IMG/VR virus record: IMGVR_UViG_3300025849_000022
Coordinates: 1-64,000 of that record
Direction: 5' to 3' (one strand)
From: a virus
Length of the DNA: 64,000 bases
Positions within the stretch are counted from its first letter, which is position 1. Every line of letters begins with the position of its first letter. Position numbers and translations under genes: made by a program. Under the pieces are notes generated by a model. The model did no database searches and was not told the origin of the DNA. It worked only from the letters and a program-made list of their open reading frames with translations. This document shows, piece by piece, positions 1-8,950 of this stretch.

Positions 1-443
1 TAGAAAGTTCCATCTAAATCTTGTCCTGCTGAATCTGTTTCCCAAAAACTTCTAGGTTGACTAGATATTTCAAAATCACCATAGTGATTAGAACCAACAA
101 AGTCATTTGCAGGTTCATAATACATACAATGTATATCAACATCTGGATTAGCCTGTTCGTAATGCATGATAGCATTTAAAGGTGGGGACCAGGCACTTTC
201 AAAGTAACCAACAATAGCAGAAGTGCTGTCATTGATTTTTTCTAATTCTAAATTACTATCAGTTATAGGTACGTCCCATTTAGTACCCCATTCATCAATT
301 GCTTTATGATAATCCCATTCTCCGATTGGGTGTAAGGCACTTAATAATCCTTCATCAGATTCATCACTTGCTTTACTCCATATTGCTTCGACCTTATCTG
401 TAGGTCCTTCTATTACAATATGATTACTACACCAATTAGGCAT
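1..443 (-). CDS. DUF1281/Api92-like protein (3' end runs off window)
   Basis: Manual translation MPNWCSNHIVIEG...EWGTKWDV...FESAWSPP matches the family signature; not in ORF track. Confidence 0.75.
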   Translation of the reverse strand, partial: MPNWCSNHIVIEGPTDKVEAIWSKASDESDEGLLSALHPIGEWDYHKAIDEWGTKWDVPITDSNLELEKINDSTSAIVGYFESAWSPPLNAIMHYEQANPDVDIHCMYYEPANDFVGSNHYGDFEISSQPRSFWETDSAGQDLDGTF

Positions 444-616
444 TAGTCGTCTAGTCCTGGGTAGTAGTTATCCGCTTTTTCGTTGTAGCCATAAAACGAA
501 CCTTCTTTCTCGTCTTTAGTTCGTTTAGCCTTATCGCTTTTGTTACTAGCACCAAGCGGGTCAAGTAAAATCCTTTCCCTTCTAGACAGTTGTCTGTTTT
601 CTGGTTTGTCGTACAT
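443..616 (-). CDS. small hypothetical protein (57 aa)
   Basis: Manual translation MYDKPENRQLS...YYPGLDD; TAATG stop/start overlaps at both ends. Confidence 0.6.
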   Translation of the reverse strand: MYDKPENRQLSRRERILLDPLGASNKSDKAKRTKDEKEGSFYGYNEKADNYYPGLDD

Positions 617-1887
617 TACAATTTCTCTCCTAGTTCAAAACCTCTAAAGGTCTTAAACCTTGGGAACCTTAGGCTCCATGTTTCATCTGCGTCTTGGCTT
701 TGAGTTGCCGCATCTGCTCTTATCTCAACTAACTGACCAATCACATTGTCCTGGTCTGCCCAAATTTGTTCTCTGTTCTCATCTGTAAGTCCACTACCTA
801 CATTAAGGTGGAAGAACTTACCGTCATCTTCACCTTCGACAACTAGTGCGCCTAGCAAACCCTCATTCTTTCCTGTACCTTCTTCAAGTGCTACCACTTT
901 GAGAGTTACTTCAATGAATGGCTTAATCTTTAACCATGCATGACTACGTTTACATTGATACGGAGCATTAGAAGGCTTTACCATTAGACCCTCATAGCCT
1001 TCTTCTAACGCAACTTTGTTCATCTCTTTGAACTCTGCTTGTCCTTGTTCAGTATCTAAGTCCATTAGTGTCGCCGCAACTAATTGGATTCTATAATTAA
1101 ATAGTGGTCTAATTGTTGTTAGCCTAATTCTTCGCTCTTTGGCACTTATTCCACTCCATCCAGCATTGAACTCATCTAGTGTGAGCATGTCAAATACTGC
1201 TAGGTAACTGTCCTCAGTTTGAGCACCTTCTTTCCTATGCACTTGCTTCATAAGTGTTTGGAAGTCTTCGCTCATTACCTCGCCATCAAATACAAGACCT
1301 TCGAACTCTGACTTGCTGAGTGCTTCGTTAATGTGTGGGAAGTTTTCCAATAGTTTTCCGTTCCTACTATATAAAGTAGCATCGCCATTTTGCACAATAG
1401 CAATAACACGCACACCGTCGTACTTATATTCAATGAAACATTCTCCTGTGATCTTCTTAGGATGTTTAGCACCGTCATGTGCTAACATACACCCGAACAA
1501 AGGAATAGTATCCTTTGCTACTTTGTTAAACAGTTTAGCACCAGTACCACAACGCAAGTCTTTGATTAGTATTCGTCTGTACCAATCGTTCCATTGCTCT
1601 ATTGTACTATGGTCTGCTATTGTTTGAATGGCATCTCTTGCCGCATGTCCAGTTAAGTCTCTGGCAATTAGTTTGTCTGCTAATGACTTAAATAAATCCC
1701 AACTAACACCTGGACCGTCTGTGTCTGTTGTAGGTACTTGCTTGACACCAAAAGTTACAAGAGGATCAAGACACATAGTAGCACCAGTGATAAACTCTTG
1801 ATTATCAATGTTTGCTTTGATTACGTCTTGCTTGAATAGAGAACTATTGTTGCTCTCTAACTCTTGTATTACATTCCATGGTTTCAT
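616..1887 (-). CDS. lig: ATP-dependent DNA ligase
   Basis: Motif I EYKYDGVR, FDGE, EGLMVK, WLKIK, C-terminal SLRFPRF OB-fold motif. Confidence 0.95.
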   Translation of the reverse strand: MKPWNVIQELESNNSSLFKQDVIKANIDNQEFITGATMCLDPLVTFGVKQVPTTDTDGPGVSWDLFKSLADKLIARDLTGHAARDAIQTIADHSTIEQWNDWYRRILIKDLRCGTGAKLFNKVAKDTIPLFGCMLAHDGAKHPKKITGECFIEYKYDGVRVIAIVQNGDATLYSRNGKLLENFPHINEALSKSEFEGLVFDGEVMSEDFQTLMKQVHRKEGAQTEDSYLAVFDMLTLDEFNAGWSGISAKERRIRLTTIRPLFNYRIQLVAATLMDLDTEQGQAEFKEMNKVALEEGYEGLMVKPSNAPYQCKRSHAWLKIKPFIEVTLKVVALEEGTGKNEGLLGALVVEGEDDGKFFHLNVGSGLTDENREQIWADQDNVIGQLVEIRADAATQSQDADETWSLRFPRFKTFRGFELGEKL

Positions 1888-1917
1888 AAAAACTCCTACC
1901 TTTTTAATTATATAACT

Positions 1918-1946
1918 ATTATACTAAAAACGGTACTAATGGTCAA
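1918..1946 (-). promoter_or_regulatory. sigma70-type early promoter (ligase)
   Basis: TTGACC-N17-TATAAT followed by GGTAGGAG RBS. Confidence 0.85.
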
Positions 1947-1947
1947 C

Positions 1948-2310
1948 CTATTTTGCCACATTTTCTGGTGTTGTTTTGGCCTTGTAGTTAGCCATTGCTT
2001 CACTGATCATTTTACGAAAATCACCCATCAATGCCCATGCTCTGTAATCGCCTGTTGCTTGAATGTCAAATCCATAACCTGACTTGGTTGGCTTACCTGC
2101 TCTAAACTCTTCAGTGACATTTCCAAACACTACCTTAAAGTATTTCTTCTCGTAGTATTCTCCTCTGCTGTCACCAGTAATCCAAAATGCATCAGTGTTA
2201 TTAGCAACTGGAGTTAATTTAGCACCTGTACAATGTACAAGGAATTTTTTCAGTTGCTCTGTGCTTTGGTAGTCACTAGCAAGAACAGTTGTATTTCTAT
2301 CTTTAATCAT
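1948..2310 (-). CDS. hypothetical early protein
   Basis: 120 aa ORF coupled to upstream ORF, GGAGG RBS. Confidence 0.7.
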   Translation of the reverse strand: MIKDRNTTVLASDYQSTEQLKKFLVHCTGAKLTPVANNTDAFWITGDSRGEYYEKKYFKVVFGNVTEEFRAGKPTKSGYGFDIQATGDYRAWALMGDFRKMISEAMANYKAKTTPENVAK

Positions 2311-2825
2311 TATGCCACCTCCTGAACTTGTTTTAACAGTTGCGGATCTTTCTGATCAAACCAGCCATTAGCAGTTTTAAACTGACATGCATAGTCAGTC
2401 CTAGTGTTACCAAAACCAGGTGTCCATTGCTCAGCCTTACCAATAATGCTTGGAGCAAAATGAGTATATTCAGGACTGGGAGTGTGATGGGTACGACATT
2501 TCCACCCGTCCTTATAAAAGAACTCTACGGGTGTTTCCCAAGGCTCACAAATTGGACCCTTGCCGTCGCCATTTTTACCAAGTTCACGGATCTCCCAATC
2601 CAGGATATATTCTTCAAAAGCCTCGTTTTTGCTTTCAATAAGTTTGGTTAAAGTTGGAATACCTTTATGAGCAATCTTGTTGATTTGCCCAGGAGTAAGA
2701 TCAGTTACGAAATAAGTGCAACCACCTTTGTACTTCCAGTGTGCTTCGCTTACGCCATGCTCATAACCACTGTCATGTGCGGCATAGTTTTCTCTGTACT
2801 GGGTTTGTATTACTAATGTTTGCAT
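2310..2825 (-). CDS. conserved-looking phage early protein
   Basis: 171 aa, N-terminal TQYRENYAAH...WKYKGG pattern; own early promoter. Confidence 0.7.
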   Translation of the reverse strand: MQTLVIQTQYRENYAAHDSGYEHGVSEAHWKYKGGCTYFVTDLTPGQINKIAHKGIPTLTKLIESKNEAFEEYILDWEIRELGKNGDGKGPICEPWETPVEFFYKDGWKCRTHHTPSPEYTHFAPSIIGKAEQWTPGFGNTRTDYACQFKTANGWFDQKDPQLLKQVQEVA

Positions 2826-2860
2826 AATTAAACTCTCCTACCTTTTTAATTTATACAACT

Positions 2861-2889
2861 ATTATACTAAAATACTGGGTCAAGGTCAA
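2861..2889 (-). promoter_or_regulatory. sigma70-type early promoter
   Basis: TTGACC-N17-TATAAT, GGTAGGAG RBS. Confidence 0.85.
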
Positions 2890-2895
2890 CCTTTT

Positions 2896-3129
2896 TTACC
2901 GGTTTTTCTGGATTAATTTGTCTTTTATTACACCATCTATGTCAGTGTATTGCGTTTTGAAGTACTTTTTAGCAGGATATGTAGGTGGCATCCAGTCTAT
3001 AGTAATGCTTCTTTTATATAAAAACTTTAACCATATTGTTTTACCATTAGATAATTTGCGTGGTTTCCATGCAAATACTTTATGCCATTGTGAATATCTA
3101 GGTTCGGTTGGATCGTAGGCTTGTGGCAC
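2896..3129 (-). CDS. hypothetical protein
   Basis: 77 aa, WHKVFAWKP...GKTIWL pattern, coupled to upstream gene. Confidence 0.6.
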   Translation of the reverse strand: MPQAYDPTEPRYSQWHKVFAWKPRKLSNGKTIWLKFLYKRSITIDWMPPTYPAKKYFKTQYTDIDGVIKDKLIQKNR

Positions 3130-4031
3130 TAGTCGCCTCTTAGAGTAACATCGCCTATTTTAAGACCAATAGTATTTTGTAAAAATACACCTCTATTTTT
3201 GCCTTCTGGCATAAATCTATAACTTAATGCATCAGCAAGTAGTATTTTTCTATTGCCATAAAACTGTTTGAGTGGCCAGTTCTGCATTATATCTATATAG
3301 GCATCAGAACTAGGTTTTGGTAAATGACCAACATTACGACTTGGGGAATCATCTTCAACCATCCAATCTCTATTATAACCAAATGTTTCAAAATCCCAAT
3401 CATAAAAGTTATACACCATATCTAATACTTCTTGTGTATTATCTTGTTGCTCATAAATTAGTCGCCAATCCATTTCGCTTTGATTAAGTTTTCTAGTCCA
3501 AGGTGTAGTATTTTGCATAGCAACATGTTTTACATAACCATAATCTTCATGAAACTTCTTTCTAGTAAAATTATAAATGTCTTCGTAACGTTCATAACAT
3601 CCTATGTAGTCTACTCTTAAATTTGCATTTTCGTCTACTAGGTAAAGTATCTGAGGTGTTTTGTGCATACCCCATAAACTTGTTACAGTTACAGGATCGA
3701 GGTATGTTAATAAGTTAGATGCATCTTTTGGTGTACCTTCAAATCTCCATTTGCACCAGTATTCAAAACTCATATCAGAGGCCGCTAATGCTCCTGCTCT
3801 GCCCCATCTCCATAAACTAACTTCTCTACTATAAGGATTTCTTACAATAGAAAATTTTGTATTTGCATCTACATTATCTAAAAAGTAACATGCAGTTTGT
3901 ACAGGACTATGATTATCAAATAATTCTATGTCTGTGTTAGTTCCATAGTTTTCTAAAAACCTTTTATAAGAGGTTCCGCCTGTCCTAGGTATGTGTACAA
4001 AAAGTAAATCTTGTTCTGGTAGGTAAAACAT
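3129..4031 (-). CDS. sulfotransferase family 2 protein
   Basis: FVHIPRTGGTS PAPS loop, VRNPYSREVS, DFETFGY. Confidence 0.8.
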   Translation of the reverse strand: MFYLPEQDLLFVHIPRTGGTSYKRFLENYGTNTDIELFDNHSPVQTACYFLDNVDANTKFSIVRNPYSREVSLWRWGRAGALAASDMSFEYWCKWRFEGTPKDASNLLTYLDPVTVTSLWGMHKTPQILYLVDENANLRVDYIGCYERYEDIYNFTRKKFHEDYGYVKHVAMQNTTPWTRKLNQSEMDWRLIYEQQDNTQEVLDMVYNFYDWDFETFGYNRDWMVEDDSPSRNVGHLPKPSSDAYIDIMQNWPLKQFYGNRKILLADALSYRFMPEGKNRGVFLQNTIGLKIGDVTLRGD

Positions 4032-4348
4032 TAATCTTCAAATCTATCTAATAATTTTTTTGTTTCACCTGTAACAAATTTTTCTACTTTTTTAATGTTA
4101 AGAAAAACTTCTACAGATGTTGTTTCTTGGTTCCATATTTTTGAGAGAGGTGATACTACACTCGGATTTAATGGTATTGGTCCATTTATCTGTTGTCCTG
4201 TTTGCTCACTTATGTTACCATTCTTATCAGTCAAAACAATCTTGTCGACAAAAACATTAGGTATCTCTGTCGTAAAGATATCTTTCAACAATTTGTCGAA
4301 GTTGCTAAGTTGGGAATTGTGAGTAAGGATTAATTTCCTTTTGCTCAT
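4031..4348 (-). CDS. hypothetical protein
   Basis: 105 aa, GGGAG RBS. Confidence 0.65.
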   Translation of the reverse strand: MSKRKLILTHNSQLSNFDKLLKDIFTTEIPNVFVDKIVLTDKNGNISEQTGQQINGPIPLNPSVVSPLSKIWNQETTSVEVFLNIKKVEKFVTGETKKLLDRFED

Positions 4349-4357
4349 TGCTCCCTT

Positions 4358-4990
4358 CTATATTGCTGACTTTTTTGGTCTGCCTGGTTTTGGCTTTGGC
4401 CTTAATTCAGGTGCTCTTGCGTATGCTTCTTCTCTTTTACTATTAGCATCTGCAATCATTTGCTGTTGAACTCTTTCAACATCCTGCTCAATCATATTAG
4501 CCTGTTCCAATAAACCCTTTGCAATACCTAATTGTTCTTCTGCTTCTCTTTCTGATAATTGTCTAGGTCTTTCAACTTGATTAATAGCATCAATCTCAGA
4601 TGTATCAGCAAGATTAGGTTTATCTGCTTCTTTACCTGCTTCGATTGTTGCAATTGAATCATTAAGAGCAGTTAATGGTACTTCGTCTTTTGGAGTAGGT
4701 AACATTATAACTTCGCTTACAGGTGCTTTGGTAATCATACCATCTGCGTGTAAGGCCTGTAACATTACTCTACCATCGCTAAAGTTTCTGCCGTTTAGGA
4801 CCTGTGCTAAATCGCTATTTGTCTGTGCTTCATCGCTATCTACAACTGAAATTAATTCATCATGTTGAGTAGCACTAAGTTCGCCTGACATAATTAATAG
4901 AGCATTTTCTGGTTCACCCGGAACTTCTCTAAATAGCACTAGACACTTTCTTTCGTTCCATTTAGCAACGTGTTTTGTTATACTTGGCAT
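4358..4990 (-). CDS. hypothetical protein (start reassigned to MPSITKH)
   Basis: AAGGAG RBS before ATG at 4990; coiled coil plus basic PGRPKK tail. Confidence 0.7.
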   Translation of the reverse strand: MPSITKHVAKWNERKCLVLFREVPGEPENALLIMSGELSATQHDELISVVDSDEAQTNSDLAQVLNGRNFSDGRVMLQALHADGMITKAPVSEVIMLPTPKDEVPLTALNDSIATIEAGKEADKPNLADTSEIDAINQVERPRQLSEREAEEQLGIAKGLLEQANMIEQDVERVQQQMIADANSKREEAYARAPELRPKPKPGRPKKSAI

Positions 4991-4991
4991 A

Positions 4992-5294
4992 TTATTCTCC
5001 TTCGGCAGGAGCCTCTGCCTCTGCTTCTGTTGTTGCATTGTTGGCCACTTCAGCCTCTGCTTGTTGACTCTGTGCAACTATGTTTAAAAAGTTGTTTAAC
5101 CTATCAAAGACAGCACCTACTTGCGATGCTTCTGCACCTCTGAATGCTCCTCTGCTTACTGCTAAATCAACGATTTGTAATAATGCATTGAGTTCCTCTA
5201 GGCTTAGTGAAGCCTGTTGTTGCTCAGGTGCATCCCCTTCTACTGATTGCTCAACTTCATCGTTTACAATCTCTGTGTTTTCTGTATCTGCCAT
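4992..5294 (-). CDS. acidic hypothetical protein
   Basis: GGAGG RBS; core IVDLAVSRGAFRGAE; TAAATA upstream. Confidence 0.7.
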   Translation of the reverse strand: MADTENTEIVNDEVEQSVEGDAPEQQQASLSLEELNALLQIVDLAVSRGAFRGAEASQVGAVFDRLNNFLNIVAQSQQAEAEVANNATTEAEAEAPAEGE

Positions 5295-5342
5295 TTTTTC
5301 CTCCAATGGTAATTTACAAGTATTATTTATTAACTGATGTTT

Positions 5343-6113
5343 TTATGTGAACGATAAAAAGGTCTCAATTCCTAGTTGATTGTAGTTATTAAAGGTCATT
5401 TTGGCACCACTTAGTGTGCCACCTTTACCACTGCCAGTATCTAAGAATATTACTCTTTCTTCTTTCTTGGTGTAATATACTAAAGGCATTTTTAAGTTGT
5501 CTTCGAAATCAGGTTCACTTTTTAACGGTGATCTGTCGTGTCCAACAAATACAATTTGCCCTTTGGGTATTGCTTCTGCCCAATCATATACTCTATGAGC
5601 ATACATTTGACCCTTCCACTCGACTTGTTTTGAGTTATCTACTTGCCCGTATAAGAATACACTTTCCATAGACTTCTTAGTTATTTTTTTGGTTTCCCAA
5701 AACTCAGGATGTACCCCACCATGTGTAAAGAAAAAGTTTTTGTAACTAGCATAAAATGGTTGTTGTGAACCAACGTACAATACAAGATCTCTAAATAAGT
5801 CTATACCAAAGTCAACTCTTGCTAGAGTATCTCTTTGAGGTTTACCTAACTTAACATCATTGCCTTTTGCCCAACGAAAAAGTTTGTTATCGTGGTTACC
5901 TTGTAAAATAGTACCGTGCCCAGCATCAATTATTTCTTTTGCTAACAGCATGGTTTCTAAAGGCTTTGGACCGTAATCTAATATATCACCTAATTGCAGG
6001 TAATATAAATTGTGTTTACGAGCATATGAATATGAAGTAGCAAAGTCAGAGAATACTGAGTGAACATCGCCCACTACAAGTATACCTTTATAACTTTCTA
6101 AATTAAGTTCCAT
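5343..6113 (-). CDS. calcineurin-like metallophosphoesterase (PrpA/ApaH/Pnkp-phosphatase type)
   Basis: GDVH, GDILDYGP, GNHD, THGG, VGH, LDTG motifs. Confidence 0.9.
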   Translation of the reverse strand: MELNLESYKGILVVGDVHSVFSDFATSYSYARKHNLYYLQLGDILDYGPKPLETMLLAKEIIDAGHGTILQGNHDNKLFRWAKGNDVKLGKPQRDTLARVDFGIDLFRDLVLYVGSQQPFYASYKNFFFTHGGVHPEFWETKKITKKSMESVFLYGQVDNSKQVEWKGQMYAHRVYDWAEAIPKGQIVFVGHDRSPLKSEPDFEDNLKMPLVYYTKKEERVIFLDTGSGKGGTLSGAKMTFNNYNQLGIETFLSFT

Positions 6114-6143
6114 AACTCCTACTCAACTACTTAATACACATAT

Positions 6144-6172
6144 ATTATACTAAAAATAAGGGTGCAAGTCAA
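6144..6172 (-). promoter_or_regulatory. sigma70-type early promoter
   Basis: TTGACT-N17-TATAAT, GTAGGAG RBS. Confidence 0.8.
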
Positions 6173-6175
6173 TGA

Positions 6176-7249
6176 CTATTTCCAGTAACTTTCTAACTTG
6201 CCTTCTCTAACTAGGTCTTGGCTCACACAATGTGGACCACCTGCTAGTGTTCTCATATGACGCATTTGGACAGGCACAGGTGTTACACCATGTTTTTCCA
6301 TGGCTTTCATTAAATGTATTTCGTCATCTGGTACAAGTACATGCTGTGGATCTATACTTAATACATTCATACCAATCCACGCACTTGCTGGAGCATAGTC
6401 TTCCAAGCATGGTTGTCCTACACACATTTCTTCTGTGTACCAAATCTTATCCCAATCTTTGTATATAGCAGGCACCTTATCTTTATCAACCCTACTAGCA
6501 TTTAAAACTACTAGTCCAGGTCTCAGTGGCATAATGGTACTGTCAACATGAGCCCAACTATATAAGTCATGCATCATGTGTACTTTAAATTCGGGTCCTA
6601 GTGCGTTCTGTAACCACTTAGCACCCATTTCATTGCCTGTATTGGATATAAGATACAGTATATCATAACCCATGCGTATGAGGTTAGCAGGGTCTAGTAT
6701 AGGTTCATTATTGTTTACACTAGGGTCTCTGCCTGGCTGTATTTTAAATAAGTCATCTTGTAAACGTGGCTTAGGCATCTGTAACCAATTAGCACCACTC
6801 ATCATCTTCTCTTGGAATAAGTCTCTAAACAAGAATGTTTCGTGGTACCTTGCCCTCAAACTCATAGCACCTTCTATGATTTTATCACCTATTACAGTAA
6901 CACTATCACGTGGACAGTATGCTTCGTATTGGTCAGTGTCCCATAAGCCGTTGCTAACGTTTGCTGTAAAGTCCACAGCATTTAGGTTAGGTCTATGTAC
7001 CTTAACACCGAAATCGTTGCTTAGAACGTTACACAATGCGTCTAAATCCTCTTCTGCTTCGGTATATACATGCTCTGGGTATCTACCCTTAGGCATTTGT
7101 GCATACTCTTCAGGACTTAAATTAGCATAATTGGTGGCGTGATGTGAGAGGTCACCATGAGGAATATTGGCGTCTACGGCCGTTCCTATTATTACTTCTT
7201 TAAGGGGATCCCACTCGTTACAGGACCATAGAATGTTATTCTGCGTCAT
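6176..7249 (-). CDS. amidinotransferase (glycine/inosamine-phosphate amidinotransferase family)
   Basis: NEWDPLKEVIIG, CPRD, HVDST, GMNVLS, GGPHC catalytic Cys. Confidence 0.9.
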   Translation of the reverse strand: MTQNNILWSCNEWDPLKEVIIGTAVDANIPHGDLSHHATNYANLSPEEYAQMPKGRYPEHVYTEAEEDLDALCNVLSNDFGVKVHRPNLNAVDFTANVSNGLWDTDQYEAYCPRDSVTVIGDKIIEGAMSLRARYHETFLFRDLFQEKMMSGANWLQMPKPRLQDDLFKIQPGRDPSVNNNEPILDPANLIRMGYDILYLISNTGNEMGAKWLQNALGPEFKVHMMHDLYSWAHVDSTIMPLRPGLVVLNASRVDKDKVPAIYKDWDKIWYTEEMCVGQPCLEDYAPASAWIGMNVLSIDPQHVLVPDDEIHLMKAMEKHGVTPVPVQMRHMRTLAGGPHCVSQDLVREGKLESYWK

Positions 7250-7571
7250 GTGTAGTATTTACTACTACTGACTCAATTGTGCCTATATTATCTGGTTTTT
7301 TGCTGGGTGCTCTGGCTAACTCTATAAATGTAAGCATGTCACCGGTGTTCTCAAAGTAAATTCTCCATATATTGTCGCTACCAAGTGTAGACATATAGAG
7401 TAAACCTTGTCCATACTCATCGAAGTGCGATACTAAATCAAATATAGTATCGTCTTCCATTGTATTAGAATAAATGCAGATTTTGTTTTTCATTAGGTTC
7501 TCATAGGTTAGAGTACCTTTTAAACCTTCTAGTTCACCTGCGCCTAATTTTTTACTTACGTGAATCTTCAT
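7236..7571 (-). CDS. hypothetical protein
   Basis: 111 aa ORF overlapping neighbours. Confidence 0.6.
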   Translation of the reverse strand: MKIHVSKKLGAGELEGLKGTLTYENLMKNKICIYSNTMEDDTIFDLVSHFDEYGQGLLYMSTLGSDNIWRIYFENTGDMLTFIELARAPSKKPDNIGTIESVVVNTTHDAE

Positions 7572-8794
7572 GCTTTATATTTTACCGATACACCGTATGG
7601 TGCTTCTGGAGTTCTGCCACCGTAGCCAGAACCATGAATTATAAACAATGTATCACAGTATGTTTCATCGCCCCAACTACCCCATGGGTAACCATCTGTG
7701 AATACAATTAACTTCTGTGGTACAATGTCTTCCTCTTTGAGTCTATCAAACATACAATCAAACTCAGTACCACCACCGCCTTCAATTTCAATATCATAAA
7801 TGTCATCTACGTTAGTAGAATCGAACTCATGAATAGTGTATGTAGATGTGTCAAAGAAACAAAGTCTAAGTTTGAAGTTAGTGTATTGCTCCATGCAACC
7901 TTTTACTTCGCTTAGAAGGTCTCTAAGCATTTCATCTGACATAGAACCGGAACTATCAATAAAGCAGAACACATCTAAGTCTGTGTCGTAGTCCATACCA
8001 GGAAGGTAAACGTGTTCAGCAATACCTTTTCTAGCAGGTCTCATAAATGTAAAGTCATTCTTTACAACACTTTGAATATTGGTAGCAAGTAACTCTCTCC
8101 AATCTAACTCAGGATTAGTAAGATCCTTAATCATCTTTCTAACGCCATTAGGAAGATCTTTGTTACCAGCACCTTTGGCCGCATTCATTACGGCTTCTTT
8201 TACTTCGTCATTGATCTGTTGTCTTTCTTCTTTAGAATACTTTGGTGGCCCGTCTTGTTGATCACCACCTTCACCTTTACCTTTAGCACCCTGACCGTCA
8301 CCATCTTCATTACTGAAGTCTAAATGCATGTCAAGTGTTTCTTCAGTAATCTTTTCTGCGTTCTCGTACAAGTCGTCGTATATCTCATCTGAAATCCAGT
8401 TTTGATATTTGTAGTCAAAACAGATATTAACTTTGGTAATTCTCTTACCAATATTATTTTCAACTAAGTCCATGTTCACAACATAGTCATTTGCTATGTT
8501 CCAAAGACGAGGATCTCTATTACCACGTCTATCCATGTGATCATAAACATTATGGAGAACCTCATGACCCATTAAAAAGATAAGTTCGTCATCATCTAAT
8601 GACTGGATGAATTCTGTATTATAAAAAAAGTATCTGCCATCTGTTGCGGCAGTCGGGCACCAACTAGATGCTTCTTGTAATTGTAACCTAGTTGCTAAGT
8701 TACCAAAGAAACCATTCTTAAGAAGTAATTGCACTCTAGCAGTTATTAATCTGTCCTTAACTACTTGATCTGTTTTTTGTGCTAAATTGTTCAT
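7568..8794 (-). CDS. DUF2201-type metallopeptidase + vWA domain protein (MoxR partner)
   Basis: TAATDG, HEVLH zincin motif, MIDAS DSSGS, GGGGT, FTDG. Confidence 0.9.
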   Translation of the reverse strand: MNNLAQKTDQVVKDRLITARVQLLLKNGFFGNLATRLQLQEASSWCPTAATDGRYFFYNTEFIQSLDDDELIFLMGHEVLHNVYDHMDRRGNRDPRLWNIANDYVVNMDLVENNIGKRITKVNICFDYKYQNWISDEIYDDLYENAEKITEETLDMHLDFSNEDGDGQGAKGKGEGGDQQDGPPKYSKEERQQINDEVKEAVMNAAKGAGNKDLPNGVRKMIKDLTNPELDWRELLATNIQSVVKNDFTFMRPARKGIAEHVYLPGMDYDTDLDVFCFIDSSGSMSDEMLRDLLSEVKGCMEQYTNFKLRLCFFDTSTYTIHEFDSTNVDDIYDIEIEGGGGTEFDCMFDRLKEEDIVPQKLIVFTDGYPWGSWGDETYCDTLFIIHGSGYGGRTPEAPYGVSVKYKA

Positions 8795-8822
8795 TGTGTG
8801 TTCTCCTACAAACTATACTTAT

Positions 8823-8851
8823 ATTATACTAAAAAAACTGGGTGTGGTCAA
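8823..8851 (-). promoter_or_regulatory. sigma70-type early promoter
   Basis: TTGACC-N17-TATAAT, TGTAGGAG RBS. Confidence 0.85.
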
Positions 8852-8865
8852 CCTATTATTTTGGG

Positions 8866-8897
8866 AAAAAGGTGGGGGGACCTGATTAGATCCCCCC
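8866..8897 (-). terminator. intrinsic terminator after moxR
   Basis: GGGGGGAUC-UAAUCA-GGUCCCCCC stem then ACCUUUUU. Confidence 0.75.
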
Positions 8898-8950
8898 TTA
8901 GTCTGTGCCGCTATGTAGGTTGTAGGAGTAACTGGCGACACAGGAACTAA
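8866..8950 (-). ncRNA. candidate 3'UTR-derived antisense sRNA with anti-RBS loop
   Basis: Stem UUAGU/CUGUGUCGC pairs with GCGGCACAG/ACUAA; 23-nt loop contains UUACUCCUACAACCUAC; terminator follows. Confidence 0.5.

Noticed and set aside
8912-8934. Plus-strand GGA loop as a CsrA/RsmA sponge
   Set aside because: G-U pairs and the terminator U-tract favour the minus strand; only one GGA in the loop and no plus-strand promoter seen
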